NCBI RefSeq assembly: GCF_009914755.1
Contig: NC_060928.1
DNA length: 64,000 nt
Direction: 5' to 3' (one strand)
DNA from: the human T2T-CHM13v2.0 reference genome, Homo sapiens
Positions within the stretch are counted from its first letter, which is position 1; the number at the start of each line of letters is the position of its first letter. Made by a program: the position numbers and the translations under genes. The notes beneath the pieces were generated by a model. The model was not told the DNA's origin and ran no database searches. It saw only the letters and a program-made list of their open reading frames with translations. Below are positions 1 through 22,360 of the stretch, piece after piece.

Positions 1-306
1 ATAAAAAATAAATGGCACAACATATATAAAGCATTTTAGACAGTATCTGGTACTACTTAAATTGTTAGTACTGTTGTTACTATCAGCATTATATTATTAA
101 GATTGCTATTACCTTAATGAGAAAATTTGACATAATGGAAGTTTGTAGGACTCTGAAACAAACATATCTGGTTCTGAATTGATTCAATCCCCTCGAAGTT
201 ATTTGATCCTGGAGAAGTACACTGATCTTTTAGTGCCCCATTTTTCTACTCTACTACCCAACAAGTCAGATTGTTGTTAAAAACATGGTGTTTAAAAATC
301 CTTGCC

Positions 307-603
307 GGCTGGGCACGGCCCTCACGCCTTGCCTGTAATCCCAGCACTTTGGGAGGCCGAGGTGGGTGGATCACCTGAGGTCAGGGGTTAGAGACCAGCC
401 TGGCCAACCTGGTGAAACCCCATCTCTACTAAAAAGAACAAAAATTAGCTGGGCGTGGTGGCAAGTGCCTATAATCCCAGCTACTCTGGAGGCTGAGGCA
501 GGAAAATCGCTTCAATCTGGGAGGTGGAGGTTGCAGCGAGCCGATTTTGCCATTGCACTCCAGCCTGGGCAAGAGTGAGACTCTGTCTAAAAAAAAAAAA
601 AAA
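307..603 (+). mobile_element. Alu, AluS (Sx/Sz-like), full length
   Basis: GGCTGGGCACGG start, GGATCACCTGAGGTCAGG, dimeric body and poly(A). Flanks AAAAATCCTTGCC and AAAAATCCTAACC resemble a TSD. Confidence 0.95.
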
Positions 604-674
604 TCCTAACCTATAGCAAGTTCTTGATAAATGATGTTTTTTAGTTAGAGGAAATGGCTTAGGGACTTTATTGG

Positions 675-996
675 TTTCTTTCTTTTCTTTCCTTTTTTGT
701 TTTGTTTTGTTTTGAGACAGGGTCCTACTCTGTTACCCACTCTCCACCCAGTGGAGTGGCACAATCACAGCTCATTGAAGCCTCAATCTCCCCTGGCTCC
801 ATTGATCCTCCTGTCTCAGGCTCCCAAGTAGCTGGAATTACAGGCAAACACCACCATTCTCTACTAATTTTTGTGTTTTTTGTAGAGACAGTGTTTCTCC
901 ATGTTGCCAAGGCTGGTCTCGAAATTCTAGTCTCCAGCAATCCACCCACCTCAGCCTTCCAAGTGCTGGGATTACAGGAACGAGACACTGTGCCTG
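675..996 (-). mobile_element. Alu, AluJ-like
   Basis: T-rich tail, then GAGACAGGGTC ... GCTGGGATTACAGG. Highly diverged, with J-type positions. Confidence 0.9.
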
Positions 997-2779
997 TTTT
1001 TTTAATGTATAAAAATACTATACACAAAATATATTTTCCAGGCTTTGTACTTGCATCTTCTGTCCTTTGTGGTGAAATAAACCATGTAGTATATTTTTAT
1101 TATTTATATGTATTTTTTCAAAATACAATTGCTTTTCTTGTTCAATGAATTATTTCCTTCACTCAAACAGTGTTCACAAGAGGCAATGATGATTTTTGCT
1201 TAGAGTATTTCTCCAAGTATGCACATGCTGTTTCATAGTTAAAATACAAGCTTTGGCATTCTTTTGCATGCTTAGATATGTCTAACTTGCATGACATGAT
1301 TCAACTTATTTTATATAAAAGGATATTAAATGTCAGAGAAACTAACTTGCTTAGGAAATAATAACTACCTTCAAATAAACTACCAGCATTCTAATCTTTG
1401 TAAAAAATGTAAATATGCATGCACACATATATTCATATATCCTAGTGATTATGGCCTTATACATATTAACTTTAAAATAGTTACTATGTAAGCAAAAGTA
1501 CAGACGCATATAACAGATAAAATTTGAAGTAATTTTAAGATATAAATTTAATGGTTCTGAATTCCTAATCACAAATGACTTTCTGCTGATTGCCTCATAA
1601 TCACCCTTGTATTATTAGTGTAGTTCTCACTTTTTTCCAGGCACTGCAATACAATCTTTGGATAAATAATTACATGCAATTTTCTCCTCAAAATGAACTC
1701 ACTTTTTCCTTTCTTTAAACTTATTCCTTGGCCTGAATTCTACATTTCCAGCTACCAGTAAGATGCTTTCATCTAGTTGTCTATCAGGCACATAGAAATC
1801 AAACTATCTATGGCTAGGGCCACAGAGTAATGGGGATTATACAAAGCTTAATTCAACTTGTAGAATTTGAAGAAATTTTATTGACTGTAAACATCTTACT
1901 AGACACATTTCTGACCAAATAAAACACATTTTTAAAATGCATCTGTGCTTTCATATGAAGATATGTTCTCAAATCTTCTTCCAATTCTATTCTCTCACAT
2001 TGCATAAAATTCATGCCTTACAGTCTTTAGCAATGAGGTAGTCTTAGCTTATGATATCCATAGTTTCCATATTGTTTAATGTCCTAGAAATCTGCAAATA
2101 TACTTAAATATGTTACTGAAAATCTTTTAGATACAAGTAATAATACCAAACAAAATTTTCTGGCTTCTATAACTGGGAAGTCTATCGTCCATAGTTTAGG
2201 CACTGCTGAATTCATGAAATTAATAATGTCAAGGCTATGTTTCTCTCGTGCTTAAACTCTCTGTCCACATGCTTGGTGAAAAGGCTACTGGCAGAACCCA
2301 ACTCACATCCTAATAGCCTATCAATGCCAGTGGGAAAATGGCATTCTATTTTAGTGGAAAAATGCCCTTGGAAGAACTCTGATTGGTCTAATTTTGTCAC
2401 AAGTATTTGTTGAGCAAGTGAATCTCTTTCTCTTTTCTGTATCAGTTACTGTAGCCATGGGTTTATACACCTTGACTTGCCAAGCCTGCAAAATGGGCAC
2501 AAGACTGTGAATGGGGAGTACTAGTTTCAGTTGTATTTGAAGACAAAAGAGCAAGTTCCACAAAGATGAATGGTTCTGCTAATTAGAAGAAAAAAGAAAA
2601 GAAATGATGTTAAACGTACCAAGAGATAGATATAAAAATTATGAGATCTCCTGATAATAACTTACATGCTGGTGTTTCCTCCTAGTATCAAGAATCCATG
2701 TAGCAAAAATTCTAATTTACATGGATCTTATGCACCAAACAAGAGAAAATCTGGTTCCTTAAGAGAGTCATGAAAATGT

Positions 2780-3480
2780 AGAATGTTGTAGTTGATATTC
2801 TGAAGCATTTAATTATAAAAAATAATCTACCATGTAAACAGCTATTTTTTCAGAGTATCACCCAAGTGTGTGTATTTAAACAATATGTTCTTTAAAAAGA
2901 TTGATATAGCTTTTATGATTATTTTTAGCATACAGACCCCCATCCATTTTTTAGTTTTTTATAATTCATCTGTTGATAAACTTAGACTATTTGATATGAA
3001 AAATTTTATACAGTCTGGATTCTGTATGCATAGTATGGTTTAAAATTTTCCTTTTTCCTCTCTCTGTATTTTAAGCAAATTGGCAGCTGGGTATAGAGGC
3101 CTGATGAGACTCATGTCCAAACCTCTGGAAAGGTTATAAATGGTGGTATGTTTTTTTTCAACTACAGACAATGTCTAGTTTTCTCTCGTTTTTATTTATG
3201 CTCAATGCCTAGATCCATTAACTCACTGGGGTGACTGCATGGTGATATTATCTTCTATCATTTCTTGATCATTTGTTAGATGATATACTTTTTCAAATTG
3301 GATCTCAATAATTCATACGGTGATATACGGACAGACACCATAGAGCTGGGAACAACAAACTTCTAGATTCTGTTATACATTTCCCTCATTTATTATTTGG
3401 ATACCCAGTGATATAGTTATTAAGGAAATAGCAAGATTTATGCTTTATTATTTTTCTAGATTTACCAGTATTTGAAATAA
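2780..3480 (-). mobile_element. Old L1 (L1MC4/5-like) 3' UTR fragment
   Basis: TTGGCAGCTGGGTATAGAGGCCTGATGAGACTCATGTCCAA resembles L1MC 3' UTR antisense. Very diverged. Confidence 0.45.
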
Positions 3481-3496
3481 TAAACTTGATCCCTAT

Positions 3497-4110
3497 TATG
3501 ATGATCAGTTTATGTGTTATATTAGGGTAAACAGTTTCTCAATAAACACTTATCTAATCCTTACTGTGAAGGTATTTTGGAAATGTGACTATAATCCATA
3601 ATCAATGACTAAGTAAGGGACTTTACCAAAGTCAATCAGTTGAAAGGCCTTGGAAATAGATGTAGGCTTCCTTGAAGAAGAAAAAAGTCTGCCTATGGAG
3701 ATCAGCTTCCACTCGTGACCAATAGTTCTAGCCTGCCCTCTCCAACAACCAGCCTTAGATATTTTAGAATGGCTTTGCAATACCCCACAATTGTATAAGC
3801 CAAAATAATATATGTTCAACACAGAAACAGAACCAGTTTCTGTTTATGTATAATTATTTATTATAAATAATAGATATAGGTATATATATAAAACTGGTCA
3901 TGTTATATATATATCAGAATATTCAACATAATATTATATCATATATATTCAACATAATATATTTTTGTTGAATATATATCATATATTCAACATATAACAT
4001 ATTGAATATATATGTTATTAATATATATTATTTATGTATAATATATTCAATATATTATATTGTATACATACAACTGGTTCTGTTTCTCTGTTAAAAAAAA
4101 TATATATATA
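3497..4110 (+). mobile_element. MLT2-family LTR (5' LTR of the ERVL provirus)
   Basis: MLT2 hallmarks CTGTGAAGGTATTTT, CAATCAGTTGAAAGGCCTT and CCCCACAATTGTATAAGCCAA, a TA-rich tract, then CTGGTTCTGTTTCTCTG. Confidence 0.8.
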
Positions 4111-4707
4111 TGTGCTGTTTCCTACTTCTGGTACCAGCATTTATATTAGTCAGGATTCAACAGAGGTTATGAATATTAATAAATTAAGGATTAAGGAATA
4201 TTACGGATTATGTTTTCTGAATAGGTTCTGGGTTTTATTGAATTGCTACTCTAATCTGATTAGATCTAAAGGTACTAATGCCTCTATTTTCAGTGGTAAA
4301 GAGGGCACTGGTCATCCATGACATGATGTGGCAATAGAAATATTACCTTTGCATACCCCCAATCAAATACATATAGAAGAGAAGTCACTGGGTGACAATG
4401 TATTAATAGTTGATACTTTATAGTAGTCAAGTTGAAGAGTATAATGATATGAGATGGCTGGTCCTCATAGCACTGGAAAAAGTAGGGGGAGATAAGGATG
4501 CGCTCATGATGTCAAATTCCCATCTCAAGCTGAGTTTGAATGACCTGAAAGCTTCTATATTTTCCTTGAAAGAAACCTTTATGTTTTGTAATCATAGGAC
4601 TGAGATTTTAGAAAACCAAACTCAAGACTGTCTCTTGAAGGGTGGGATTACAAAGCAAATTGAATTCCTTACCTCCCAGGGTGTCTTCTGTTAAAGTAGG
4701 GATATTC

Positions 4708-4970
4708 TCGGGCACGGTGGCTCATGTCTGTATTCCCAACACTTTGGGAGGTCAAGGTGGGCAGATCACGAGGTCAGGAGTTTGAGACCAGCCTGACTAA
4801 CATGGTGAAACCCCGTCTCTACTAAAAATAGAAAATTTAGCTGGGTGTGGTGGTGTGCACCTGTAATCCCAGCAACTCAGGAGGTTGAGGCAGGAGAATC
4901 ACTTGAACCCAAGGGGCGGAGGATGCAGTGAGCCAAGATCATGCCACCGCACTCCAGCCTGGGTGACAGA
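4708..4970 (+). mobile_element. AluS lacking its 3' end and tail, inserted in ERVL gag
   Basis: Alu body runs to CCTGGGTGACAGA and then switches abruptly to THE1 sequence. Confidence 0.93.
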
Positions 4971-5209
4971 AAGGCATTTCTTATGTGGCAGTGGCAAGAG
5001 AAAATGAAGAAGAAGCAAAAGCGGAAACCCCTGATAAACCCATCAGACCTTGTGAGACTCATTCCTCATTCACTATCATGAGAATAGTATGGGAAAGACT
5101 TGCCCCCATGATTCAATTACCTCCCCCTGAGTCCCTCCCACAACACGTGGGAATCCTGGGAGATACAATTCAAGTTGAGATTTGGCAGGGGCACAGCTAA
5201 ACCATATTA
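4969..5209 (-). mobile_element. THE1C-like LTR (partial)
   Basis: GCAAAAGCGGAAACCCCTGATAAACCCATCAGA ... GGGAGATACAATTCAAGTTGAGATTTGG ... AAACCATATTA. Confidence 0.88.
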
Positions 5210-7778
5210 CCTTTCTGAGTTAATCGCCTTGCAAGCCACTGTTGATTCTAGACAAGTGCTACTCCAGTCTCCCCTCTTCGTTCTAGAATCATAATTAGAC
5301 TAGGTTTTAGTAGGCTCCAAAGGGTACGGTACAAAATGTAACCCATGAATAGATGTTCCACACACTAAAAGAACGGCATGATTATTCTGAATTTATACAG
5401 GCAGAAATCTGAAGAACATGTATGGGTATAGATCATAAGGGTGTGGATAGTGAGGGAAAGAACATAAAGTTAGATTAGGCCTAATTGATTAATAAAGGCC
5501 CACTAAGCAGAGATTCTGGACAGTGTTTTTACTCAAGGTATTGGGAATGGCTATAACAATTTTTTGGCTTATTGGCTAAAATATGGACCCAAAGAGAGCT
5601 CTACTAAAAGAAGCTGAAATGTCAGAAATGATTTGGAATACTATAGAGTAGGATATCCAGAGGGCTTAGAGAGATTGGAATGTTAGTGTAGATTAATCAT
5701 GTCAAGAAATGTTCATCTACACTAGGAGGGTTCATAGAACACACCTTTCACTGCAAATGGGAGAAATAAATTTTTGAGGGAAGGCCCAGAATCCTGGATT
5801 ACTCTTCTATGCCAATCATAAATTCAAGTGTAAAATGCTACCATCAAACTGGCAACCCTAAATGCAAAGGGGAAAATGGGATTCTGGAGTGGAAGGGGCT
5901 AAGTGTTGATACTTGGTTGCCCAAGAACGGGTAGTTGTAGTTACCCTAGCAGAGAGCAGAGCCAAAGCAATCCAGAAACCTATAGCCTTGGCTAGTTGAT
6001 CACGGAGTCCTTAGAAAGGTAATAAATAGTTTGACGGTCAACTAAATCCTTACTTGATTCATGTAAGCAGAAGAGTTTTTAGTTGAGTGAACAGACGTCT
6101 AACTTGAATCACCAGAACAGAGTCTCTGCCTCTCGATCAATTCCCAGACTTATGCCAGTTTATAGATAAGAACCCCTTGAATGTAGGGTTCTTCATTCAA
6201 GGATTCTTCATGCTTTCCTTGAGGAAAGACCCTGCTACACAGCCAAAATTGTACTGTTTATCTTAGCCTGCCCCCAAAGTGAGTTATGGCCATTTAGCAG
6301 GGTTACTGTACATTGAGAGAAAGGAAAGTATCATACTTTTCAGGAATTACTTGACATTGACCTTGAACTGGCACTAGTTCCAGAAGACACAAAATGTCAC
6401 TATGGTCTATCAGTTGGAGTAAGGACTTAACAGAGGTCAGATGATCAATGGAGTTTTAGCCAAAGTTCATCTCACAGTGGACTCAGCATGTCCCTGACCC
6501 CTTACTGTGGTAATTTCCCCATTTCCAGAATGCATAATTGGAAAAGACATGTTCAGCAACTGTAGAATACCCACATTGTTGTTCTGACCTGTGGAGTGAG
6601 GGTTATTATGGTGGGAACCCCAAGCAGAAGTTACTTGAACTAACTTTTCTTGTAAAAATAGTAAACCCAAAGCAATAGCACATTTATGGAGGGATTGCAA
6701 ACATTAGTGCCACTGTAATAAACTTGATGGATGAATGGGTAGTGATTCCCACCATATTCCTATTCAACTTACTGATTTGGTATCTGCAGAAAACAGAGGG
6801 TTCTTAGAGAATGACAGTGTATTATCTTAAACTTAATTATGTGGCGATTCCAGTTCAAGTTTCTATTCCAAGTTGTGCTTTCATCAGTTGAGCAAATTAA
6901 CACATCCCCTGGTATCTCTGTGCTGACAAATGTTTTTTTGCTTGACACCTGTAAGTGAAGACCACCAGAAGCAGCCTGCTTTCAGCAGGACAATTTCACT
7001 GTCCTACTTCAGGGGTATTTCAGCTCTCTATCCCTATGTTATTATTTAGTCCACAGGCACCTTGATCACCTTTCCTTCCCACCAAATATTATCTTGGTCT
7101 ATTATATTGATGATATGCTAATCAGACCTAGCAAACAAAATGTAGCAAATATTCAAGACATATTGGTAAAACACTTGTGTATTAAAGGATGGGAAATAAT
7201 TCTACAAAAGTCATGGCCTTTCAACCTCTGTTAACTTTCTAGGGACCCAGTGAGGTAGAATATGTTGATCTGTTCCTTTTGAGATGAAGGATAAGTTGTT
7301 GCACCTGGCCCCTCTGGCAACCAAAACAGAGGCACAAAGCTTAGCAGTTTTCTTTGGATTTTATAGGTGACATGTTCCTCCTTTGGGTATGATATTCTGG
7401 TCCCTTCAGTGAGTAACCAAAAAGAGCTGCTAGTTTTGAGTGAAGTCCAGAACAAGAGAAGGCTCTACAAAAGACACAGGCTGCCATGCAAACTGATGGG
7501 CCACTTAGGCCATACAATGATCAGATCCAATGGTGTTTAGAGTGTCAGTGGCAGATAGGGATGTTGTTTGGAGTGTTTATGAATCACAGTGCAGACCCTT
7601 AGTATTTTGGAGCACAGTCATTCTATACTCTATGAATAACTACTTTCCTTTTGAGAAACAGCTTTTGGCTTGCTACTGAGCATTAGTAGAGACTAAACAG
7701 TTATCCACAGGCCACCAACTGGAAAAGCGACACGAGCAATCCATCATATATAGATATATGGCTTGGTGGGTTAGATTA

Positions 7779-7805
7779 TCTCTCTCTCTCTCTCTCTAAT
7801 CTAAT

Positions 7806-7858
<53 letters not shown>

Positions 7859-7859
7859 T
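7779..7859. repeat. Compound microsatellite (TC)n - (TAGA)10 - (GA)n
   Basis: Read directly. TAGA x10 at 7807-7846. Confidence 0.95.
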
Positions 7860-9638
7860 ACAGAAATATCTCAGTTTAAGCAGGCCCTGAAGGCATAAGT
7901 TAAATGAAGAAGTTGGCAAATGCCCTTACTCTTGCTACGTTACTTTCTCTCTCTCTCCCCACACCTATGGCTTGATGAGAAGCACTCTTTGAACAGTTGA
8001 CTGTTCATCAGTCAACCGATGTTGAGAAAACTCTGGCCTGGTTTTCAGATGGCTTAGCACAATAGGTAGTCACCATCCAAAAACCACAGCATTTAGCACC
8101 TTTATGGGACATCCTTAAAGTACAATGGTGAAGAAAAATTATCCCAGAGGGCAGAATTTAGAGCAGTGTACTTTGTGTTTTGTTTTCCCTTGAAGCAGAA
8201 ATTCCAGAGTTCTGAGTGTCTATTGATTCATGGTCTGTAGACACTAGTTAGCCAATGGTTTGGCTGGGTGTTCATGGACATGGAAAGGAATATGATTGGA
8301 AAATAGGTAATGCAGAAGTTGGGAAAGTGAATATATAGATAAATCTCTCTAAATGGGCAAAGAATGTGATATATTTGTATATTATGTAAATATTCATCAG
8401 AAGGTGACCCCCATAGAGGAAAATGTTAATAATGTAACTTAATAATAATGTTAATAATCAAGTAAATAGAATGACTGTATTTCCCTAGCTACTCCTAATC
8501 CTGTTATTACCTTATTGACTCATTACAAAAAATGTCCCTGGAGGAAGATGTGGAGTTTATGCATAGGCTTAGCAACATGGACTTTCACCAAGGATGGCCT
8601 TGATACAGCCACTGCTGAATGCCCAATCTGGGAGCAGCAGAGATGAATGCTGAATCCTCAGTATGGCACTACTCCCTGGGGTGATCAGCCTGCTACCTGG
8701 TGGCAGGTTGATTGGCTGATTGATGTATTAACCATTTCTATCATGGCAGTCAGTGCTTTGTACTGACTTGTATAGACACACTGGATATGGATTTGCTTTC
8801 CCAATGTTTTTGCCAAACTCCCATCCATGCATTTACAGAATATGTTATATACCATCATGCTATTTCACATAGCATTACTTCTGATCCAAGAACTCCCTTT
8901 AGAACAAATAAAGTGAAGTAATGGACCCATGTTCAAAGAATTAACTGATCTTTCTGTATTCTCCAGATACCTGAAACAGGAGGCCTGATAGAATATTGGA
9001 ATGGCCTCTTGAAGATTCAGCATATCACTGGTATATTGAAGTTACCTTATATAAATAGTTTTTGTGATCTCATAGTATTTTTTTTCTATCAAAGTAATCC
9101 AAAGGAATAAAGATCAACAATGTGATAATCTGAAAATTTCCACTGCTAGTACTTTTTGTTGATAAGTAGTCTCACATGTACTTGAGTAATTCTCTTCTCC
9201 TTTTCCAGACATTTCTCTTATGAGTGATTGTAATAAATATTTTTGATACATAATGAAATCAGAAGATAATCCCCATGCCTTACTTTGTGACTTTTTTACC
9301 TGTCAACATGCCAGTGTCTGCAAAATGTGGTTAGAAACAATTGAAGAAGATTGGAAAGTGTTTAATTTTTTATTAACTTTTTAAAAATTTTTTACTAACA
9401 GTAAGGAGGACATAATTAAAAACAGATCAGTGCATTAAATCTATTTTTTCATCTATATGCTTTACCACTAATGTTTAAATGAAACCTGACTCTCTGACCC
9501 TTACCTCTCCCAATCCAAATAAAATATATTTCTTTAATATTAAGTATTTTAGTATTATGCATATAACTACCCAAGCAGTTGTCACAATTCATGTTTCTCA
9601 TACTAAATTGTAAGCTTTTTAAAGATAGATACTGATTC

Positions 9639-9994
<356 letters not shown>

Positions 9995-10429
9995 CTACGT
10001 TGTTGGTTCTTGATAAGTGTTGAATGAATGGATGAAAATATAATGAACAATCTTTAAGGAGGCACGTGAATCAATGGCTTCTTAATATTCCTTTAAAATA
10101 GTGATATAATAAATAGTCACAGAAAATACTTAATAATCCAATATATGTTTCTATGTATAAATGACTAAATCACTGTAATCTGAAATCATTACCTTACTGA
10201 ATCCTAAGCCACTATAATGTATTGCCTAAAAAATTGAAACATTATTTAAGTTTTGACAGTTTACAACTGAGGAGCCTTATAAAAAATGAAAAATGAACAT
10301 TAGATGTATCTTCCCTACAATTAGGGGTGGTATATGGTAAAGAATTTTCTAGGAGGTAAATAACATGAATCAGATATATAGGTATAATAAATAATGTTTT
10401 AATAGGCATAATAGAAACTATATACTGCT

Positions 10430-14644
<4,215 letters not shown>

Positions 14645-15007
14645 GTGTTCTTCCTACTTTCTTGAGTTAATGCATAGATTTTTTTTCAGTACCCTTTCTA
14701 TGGAAGGGGCAGCCATAGTAGAGCTTTCATTTTATACTGTGGTCTCTGTCACAGCTCACTGACTCATATAGGCCCATGAACAATTTACTTGTCATTCCTT
14801 GGGTATTCACATTACCAATAACCTTTTGCCATTAAATTTTATGTTCAGCTTTACTTCTCTATATAGCTATGATATGAGCTCATGGGTTTAGCATGCTAAT
14901 TATAGTTCCCATTTGTGTTTTCCAGGCTTATTAGTGGGAGGAGTTCCATGTTAGTATATTCAACCAAATTCTGGAATCAGAAGTTGCTACCCTGTCATTT
15001 TGCCTCT

Positions 15008-15251
15008 TTTATTTTTATTTTATTTTATTTTATTTTTATTTCAATAGGTTTTTGGGGAAAGGTGGTGTTTGGTTCCATGAATAAGTTCTTTAGTGGCAGT
15101 TTCTGAGATTTGGTGCACCCATCATCCCAGCAATGTACACTGTACCCACTGTGTAGTCTTTTATCACTCACTCCCTTCCCATGCTTTCCCATGAGTCTCT
15201 GAAGTTCATATTACCATTCTTATGTCTTTGCGTCTTCGTAGCTTAGCTCCC
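15008..15251 (-). mobile_element. L1PB1-like 3' terminal fragment
   Basis: T-rich tail, TTTCAATAGGTTTTTGGGGAA and ATGAATAAGTTCTTTAGTGG. Flanked by TCATTTTGCCT and TCATTTTGTCT (TSD-like). Confidence 0.85.
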
Positions 15252-15629
15252 TCATTTTGTCTATTCCCTGTCTCAACGTCATATGTATTTCTATAAAGCA
15301 CATAATTTTTCATGGTTTGTAATTATAGATTTTATTTCTCATATGCTTCAAACAGATGGAAAAGCATTATGCATGTTATATACTGCCTAGAGCTTGGTGT
15401 CTAGGACACAACTTTGCACAAAGTAGAGCAATCATAATTACCAGACAATACATGACAAAGAATAAAACATAACTCCAAATAAAGGAAAATTTCTACAGTT
15501 GATGTTCTGCCTCTGTGAGGGCCAAGTAGGTGATAACAAATTAATCACCCCAGAGATAAATACTATTAACTCTGAACAACAACCTCTAGAAGATCAAAAA
15601 TAAATTAGATATATCATAGAAGGAATTTT

Positions 15630-20640
<5,011 letters not shown>

Positions 20641-20845
20641 ATGGAAGAAATTTTAATATGGAAGAAAACAACGTTGAATGAGTTTCCAACATTTATGACT
20701 ATTAGCCTTATATTAGGACATGGTCAGCATAGTTCAGGGAAGTTAAAACTACAACGAAAAATTCATGTGCCTTTGGGCTTGAGTAGCCATTGCACAGTTT
20801 ATAAGACAACCACAGAAACTGGATATTGGTTGTGGTGACTTAGAA

Positions 20846-21477
20846 AGTACACTGCTGGTGGGAATGCCAATTAGTTGAGCTACTGTAGAAAGCGGTTTGA
20901 AGATTTCTCAAAGAATTTAAAACAGAACTAACATTCAAGCCTGCAATGTCATTATTGGGTATTTACCCAAAGGAATATAAATTGTTCTACCATAAAGACT
21001 CATGCATGCATATGTTCATGGCAGCACTATTCACAATAGCAAAGTCATGGAATCAACCTATATGACCATCAGTGGTAGACTGGATAAAGAAAATGTTGTA
21101 CATATGCATCATGGAATACTATGCCACCATAAAAAAGGAAAAAACTCGTGTTCTTTGCAAGGATATAGATAGAGCTGGAGTCCATTAACCTAAGTAAACC
21201 AATCCAGGAACAGAATACCAAAACCATGTTTTCTCACTTATAAGTGGAAGCTAAACACTGAGTACATATGTACACAAAGAAGGCAACAATAGACACCACA
21301 GTTTACTTCAGAATGGAGGGTGTCAGTAGGGTGAGAATCAAAAAACTACCTATCAGGTACTATGCTTATCACCTGGGTGATGAGAAAATTTGTACATCAA
21401 ATCCATTTGACCTGCAAGTTATCTATATAACAAACCTGCACATGTACCCTTGAACTTAAAAGTTTAAGAAAAAGAAA
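20846..21477 (+). mobile_element. L1PA15/16-like 3' fragment
   Basis: ORF2 end and 3' UTR AAAACTACCTATCAGGTACTATGCTTATCACCTGGGTGATG ... CCTGCACATGTACCCTTGAACTTAAAA. Confidence 0.85.
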
Positions 21478-21693
21478 TTATCTAATCTGAAGACTACAGA
21501 GAATAAGAAGATAAAGGGGAAAAAAAACCAAGAAATTAATGAGGACACACAAAAAAAGGAGAGATATTCCATACTCATTCATTGAAACAATTATTTATCA
21601 GTTAGCTAAAGATTTTTTTAGACAAATTATTATTAGGTAGCATACCTGTACTACTAAGTGTGAAATAAATTCACTGTGTGCTGGTTACCAAAT

Positions 21694-22127
21694 TGTCATC
21701 GGGGTTCTGGTGAGACAGAAAGTGCTTATATGTGGTAAATTACATGAAGCAGATTTATCGTTATAAACAGGCAGCAAGGGACAAGAGAGGCCTGGGATTC
21801 ATTGTGAGCCAGCCCCACAAGACTTATGAAAGCTATGAAGGGTGGATAGAGTCTCCTCTAGATGTGCCCTATTCGCACCACAGCTGAGGAAACCCAAAAA
21901 GCAGCTTTCCCAGATTTTATACCCCAGTGGCAATGTGACATGCTGGGCTAACATGTTGAGGGACATCCTGTTTCTAGGTGGGGATTGGAACAAAGCCTGG
22001 GCTGGTCTAGCTAGTCCCTCCTTGTCTCAGAATATTGCATTCCCATCACATTCTACAGTTTTTCTTGAGAACTACAGATGAGGAAATGGGGGAGAACTGG
22101 GTCTGTCACCTGGAGAACTGTCCTACA
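21694..22127 (-). mobile_element. ERVL-class solo LTR (MER54/MER73-like group)
   Basis: TG...CA termini. Minus strand begins TGTAGGACAGTTCTCCAGGTGAC ... GTAGTTCTCAAGAAAAACTGTAGAATGTG. Confidence 0.7.
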
Positions 22128-22360
22128 CCAAAATGTTAAATGAAGTTATACAATTTACCAAAACTGATAGAAGATGAAACAGAAAGTCTGAATATGCCCA
22201 TGACCTTTAAAGACATTGATTTTCTTATTAAAATAACTCTACAAAGAAAATCCCGTGCCCAAAAGATTCCATCATGCATTACATTAAAAAAAACCACCAT
22301 TTTATAAAACACACCTCCACAAAATAGCGAAGGCAACAACTCTCCCCAGCTTGTTTTCAT
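22128..22360 (+). mobile_element. Old L1M ORF2 fragment
   Basis: ACAATTTACCAAAACTGATAGAAGATGAAACAGAAAGTCTGAAT resembles ORF2 YNLPKL...EEIENLN. Confidence 0.6.

Larger units (their letters stand above)
4125..9020 (+). mobile_element. ERVL internal region (degenerate gag-pro-pol-integrase), no 3' LTR
   Basis: TGGTACCAG directly after the LTR. Protease-like LLDIDLEL near 6347, RT LQGY near 7008 and YIDD at 7103-7114, integrase WQVD near 8701 and SDPRTPF (SDQGTHF-like) near 8880. Many stops and frameshifts. Confidence 0.88.

Noticed and set aside
366-1148. ORFs of 70-148 aa
   Set aside because: They are Alu-derived translations. The same applies to the ORFs at 9699, 13488-13872, 31099, 45347 and 58441-58832.
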